The notes below the pieces were generated by a model that saw only the letters and a program-made list of their open reading frames with translations, did no database searches and was not told the DNA's origin. Both the position numbers and the translations under genes were made by a program. From Acidobacteriota bacterium (lineage in GTDB: Bacteria; Acidobacteriota; Thermoanaerobaculia; UBA5066; Gp7-AA6), in NCBI GenBank assembly GCA_039933215.1, contig JBDTOO010000015.1:4501-68500 (forward strand): a stretch of DNA of 64,000 nucleotides, read 5' to 3'. Positions 61,197 through 64,000 of the stretch are shown here, one piece after another (positions within the stretch are counted from its first letter, which is position 1; every line of letters begins with the position of its first letter).

Positions 61197-64000
61197 GCGA
61201 GGTCTCCCGAAGGTTCCGCGAAGGGAAGATCGAACGTCACGCGAAGGCCTCCTTCCGCACGATTCTGCGCCGCGATGCGGCCGCCGTGCTCCTCGATGAT
61301 CTTCTTCGCGATGGCGAGGCCGAGCCCCGTGCCGCCGCTCTTGGCGGAGAAATACGGGTCGAAGAGCCTCGGCAGGATCTCAGGAACCACCCCGGGCCCG
61401 TCGTCCTCGACTGCCACACGGATCCGCTCCCCATCCTTTCGGGCGTCGAGCCGGATCCGTCCGCCTCGGGTCCCGAGGGCCTCGACCGCGTTTCCGACCA
61501 GGTTCGAAAACACCCGGCCGAGCAGCCGCGGGTCGGCTTCCGCGGTCAGGCCCGGCTCGATCCGCAGGTCCCAGGCGACTCCCGGAGCCCCCGCGTACCC
61601 GGCAGCGGCGTCGCGGGAGAGCGCGGACACGTCGGTCGGCCGGATCTCCGGGGCGGGCAGCCGGGCGTAGTCGGAGAATTCGGATGCCGAACGGCGCAGC
61701 TCCTCGGTCTGGCGGAGAACGTTCGTCACGCACTCGTCGAGGACCGCGTCGAATCCGGGATCGCCGCGCTTCCAGACGGCCCGCAGGTGTTCGACGGAGA
61801 GTCGGATCGGCGTCAGCGGGTTCTTGATCTCGTGGGCGATGATCCTCGCCATCTCGGCCCACGCGGAGAGCCGGTTGGATCGCACGACGTCCGAGACGTC
61901 CTCGATCACGGCCATCCTCGTGCCTTCTCCGCCGAGAGGCAGCGCCACGGTGACGACCCTCCACCGTTCGCCGGGACGCGGCTCGATCTCCACGGACGAG
62001 AACGATATCGAATCCACGGCGAGCGCGGCGCGCACCGCGGCCATCGGCGCCCCGGGGAACACCTCGTCGAGCGTGCGGGCGCTCTCGCGACCCCCGCCGA
62101 GAGCGGCCGCGGCCGGGTTCGCGAGCAGAACGGTCCCGTCCTCCCGGTAGGCGACGACGCCTGCGGTCAGGTGTGCGAGGAGCGTCGCCAGGCGCTCCTT
62201 CTCCGTCGAGAGGGCCTCCGTCTGCTCCTTCAGGCTGCGGGACATCGACAGGAAGGCGCGAACGAGCTCGCGCAGCTCCTCGTCGGGGGGCTCGGCGAGG
62301 CGCGGCGAGAAGTCCCCCGCGGCGACGGCCCGGGTGCCCTCGACGAGGTCGGCCACGGGCTTCGCGACGCGCACGGCGAGACGCCCCGCGATCAGGGCCG
62401 AGAAGAGGAAGACGAGCAGGCTGAATGCCGAGACGGCGGCGGTGAGCTGGGCGGCCTCGGCCTCCGCGACCCGCTGCTGCGGGAGCAGGAGGAGAGAAAG
62501 GAGCGCCGGGCTTCGCACTCCGGGGACACCCGGAACGGAAGCCAGGTCCGTGGTGATCTCCTCGAGCTGGCTTCCGAAGACGGGCCGCGACCCGATCTGC
62601 TGTCCCGATCCGGAGAGGCCGATCGCCACGAAAGCCGGCGCCGGAACGCGGTCCGGAACGAGGCCCGCCGAATAGAGGTCCCGCCTCGAGGTGGCGATCA
62701 GGCTCGAGTCAGGGGCGTAGACGGAGAGGTCGTAGCCGATCGCGTTCGCGAGCCACGCGAGGATGTCGTCGTCGAGCGCGAGGAGGCTCCCCCGCCCGCC
62801 CGACGCGGACGGCAGGTAGTCGTCCAGCACCTTCCTCGCGGTCTCGAGCCCCGTGCGCGCGTGCTCGAGGGTGTCCTGGACGGACCGGCTCACGATCGTC
62901 GTGCGGAGAAAGAACGTCACCGCGAGAAGCGGGATCATCACGACGAACACGAACAGGCCGATGAGCCGGCCGCGAAACGTCCGCACGCCTCCGAGCCAGA
63001 ACCTCTCGGACCCCGCCCGCCGCGCGACGGCGGCCCGCCAGAGCATGAGAATCGCGCCGACCGCCGAGAGGAGCGCGATGCCCGGCAGGAGGAGGGCCGC
63101 CGTCAGGAGCCTTCCGAGGAAGTTGGGAACGGGAATGGCGACGAGGCGGTAGCCGTCCGCGATGGGCCGCACTTCTCCCCACAGCTCGCTTCCGCGAAAC
63201 GGGAGATGAACGGCGGCGGGACGGTCGGTCCGGCGGAGAGCGTCGCGAAGCGAGGCGGCCAGCGACGGTCCCTCGTCCCTCTTCTCTCCGTCGCGCGCGT
63301 AGTGCGCGATCACGACGCGGGGAACCGGTTCGGCGTCCGCACGCGATCCCTCCCTCTCCCCGAGCACGAGACGCCGGTAGAACTCGATGCGCGGCGGCAG
63401 CGGATCCCACTGCGGCCAGTCTGCGAGCTGGATGGCGACGCTGCCCCAGCGCCGACCGCCGGCCATGAGCGGGACCGAACGGCGGATCACCGCCAGGTCG
63501 TACCGGTCGATCCGAACGGATCCCGTGGCGGCGGACTTCCCGAACTCGGCCTCGGGAATCAGGGAGAACTTGCTGCGGGACCGGCCCGCCGCGTCATACA
63601 CCTCGTAGGAGCTCACCGACGGCCGCGGGTTCGCGCGCTCGCCGTTGCGCCAGATGCGGTAGGCGAGATCCGACACGTCGGTCTCCTCGATGGGTGCGGG
63701 AAGGACACGCTCGAGGTCGAATGCGCGGACGCGGTCGACGGCCCTCTGCGCGGAGAAGGCGGCGTCCGCCGAGGCATGGCCCGGGTCGGGGATCTGGATC
63801 GTCGCCGAGCGTTGGAACGCACGGGCGGCGCGCGCATGCTCGGAGAGGGCGGAGGCGGACAGCACGGCGAGGAGCGCGGCGCCCGCCACCAGGCGCGGGC
63901 TGATGAAAACGCCGCCGGGCAGGGCCTCGCCGACGGCCCGCGACCAGAGAGCGAACACGAGTAACGCCGCGGCGACGGCGGCGACGACGAAGAGCGGCGA
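61193..64000 (-). CDS. NtrY-like sensor histidine kinase (periplasmic sensor, HAMP, PAS, HisKA, HATPase_c); N-terminus probably beyond the window
   Basis: HAMP ([22 protein letters not shown]). H-box [18 protein letters not shown]-boxes ([19 protein letters not shown]). The frame stays open upstream of the GTG at 63958 and encodes a further hydrophobic helix ([18 protein letters not shown]). The gene therefore likely continues past 64000. Confidence 0.8.
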   Translation of the reverse strand, partial: SPLFVVAAVAAALLVFALWSRAVGEALPGGVFISPRLVAGAALLAVLSASALSEHARAARAFQRSATIQIPDPGHASADAAFSAQRAVDRVRAFDLERVLPAPIEETDVSDLAYRIWRNGERANPRPSVSSYEVYDAAGRSRSKFSLIPEAEFGKSAATGSVRIDRYDLAVIRRSVPLMAGGRRWGSVAIQLADWPQWDPLPPRIEFYRRLVLGEREGSRADAEPVPRVVIAHYARDGEKRDEGPSLAASLRDALRRTDRPAAVHLPFRGSELWGEVRPIADGYRLVAIPVPNFLGRLLTAALLLPGIALLSAVGAILMLWRAAVARRAGSERFWLGGVRTFRGRLIGLFVFVVMIPLLAVTFFLRTTIVSRSVQDTLEHARTGLETARKVLDDYLPSASGGRGSLLALDDDILAWLANAIGYDLSVYAPDSSLIATSRRDLYSAGLVPDRVPAPAFVAIGLSGSGQQIGSRPVFGSQLEEITTDLASVPGVPGVRSPALLSLLLLPQQRVAEAEAAQLTAAVSAFSLLVFLFSALIAGRLAVRVAKPVADLVEGTRAVAAGDFSPRLAEPPDEELRELVRAFLSMSRSLKEQTEALSTEKERLATLLAHLTAGVVAYREDGTVLLANPAAAALGGGRESARTLDEVFPGAPMAAVRAALAVDSISFSSVEIEPRPGERWRVVTVALPLGGEGTRMAVIEDVSDVVRSNRLSAWAEMARIIAHEIKNPLTPIRLSVEHLRAVWKRGDPGFDAVLDECVTNVLRQTEELRRSASEFSDYARLPAPEIRPTDVSALSRDAAAGYAGAPGVAWDLRIEPGLTAEADPRLLGRVFSNLVGNAVEALGTRGGRIRLDARKDGERIRVAVEDDGPGVVPEILPRLFDPYFSAKSGGTGLGLAIAKKIIEEHGGRIAAQNRAEGGLRVTFDLPFAEPSGDLA

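Overview
The window is a 64-kb, ~70% GC, gene-dense chromosomal segment with most genes on the minus strand. It comes from a diderm (Gram-negative-type) bacterium: lpxB, a LolB-like lipoprotein, murJ and SPOR-domain genes are present. Several gene orders are Firmicutes-like (ispE–spoVG–tRNA-Gln–prs–rplY/ctc–pth; rpsF–rpsR–DUF2232–rplI). Together with the abundant DUF4388/MshEN-type signalling proteins, this suggests an Acidobacteriota/Myxococcota-like lineage, but that is inference only.

Core housekeeping content:
- Translation and ribosome: rpsA, rpsF, rpsR, rplI, rplY, pth, prs, a type-A RNase P RNA (rnpB) and tRNA-Gln(UUG).
- DNA repair and maintenance: uvrB, uvrC, recG, mutS, ssb, scpAB.
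- Cell envelope: lpxB (partial), asnB, PBP1A, murJ, nagZ, an LD-carboxypeptidase, psd and pssA.

More unusual content:
- A compact operon: radical-SAM enzyme, DUF547 lipoprotein, MauE-like membrane protein, SRPBCC lipoprotein. It lies divergent from an ECF-sigma / zinc anti-sigma / DUF4097 module.
- Two paralogous proteins with tandem MshEN-type (c-di-GMP-binding-like) N-terminal motifs and GAF-like C-termini, flanking a small HU/IHF gene.
- Two adjacent DUF4388 (PATAN-like) proteins, one fused to J-domain+TPR and one to a SPOR domain.
- A cNMP-binding/FHA fusion protein.
- A secreted protein with three ComEA-like helix-hairpin-helix repeats.

Unusual sequence features:
- Three genes (pth, psd, LolB-like lipoprotein) appear to initiate at CTG.
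- Several gene pairs overlap as TTGA/GTGA/ATGA.
- A ~210-bp polypurine/polypyrimidine inverted-repeat element sits in the divergent region upstream of PBP1A.

Many long Arg-rich ORFs in the six-frame track are high-GC artefacts overlapping real genes in other frames. There is a ±1-nt inconsistency between the printed sequence and the ORF-track coordinates near 53.1–54.2 kb; track coordinates are used there.
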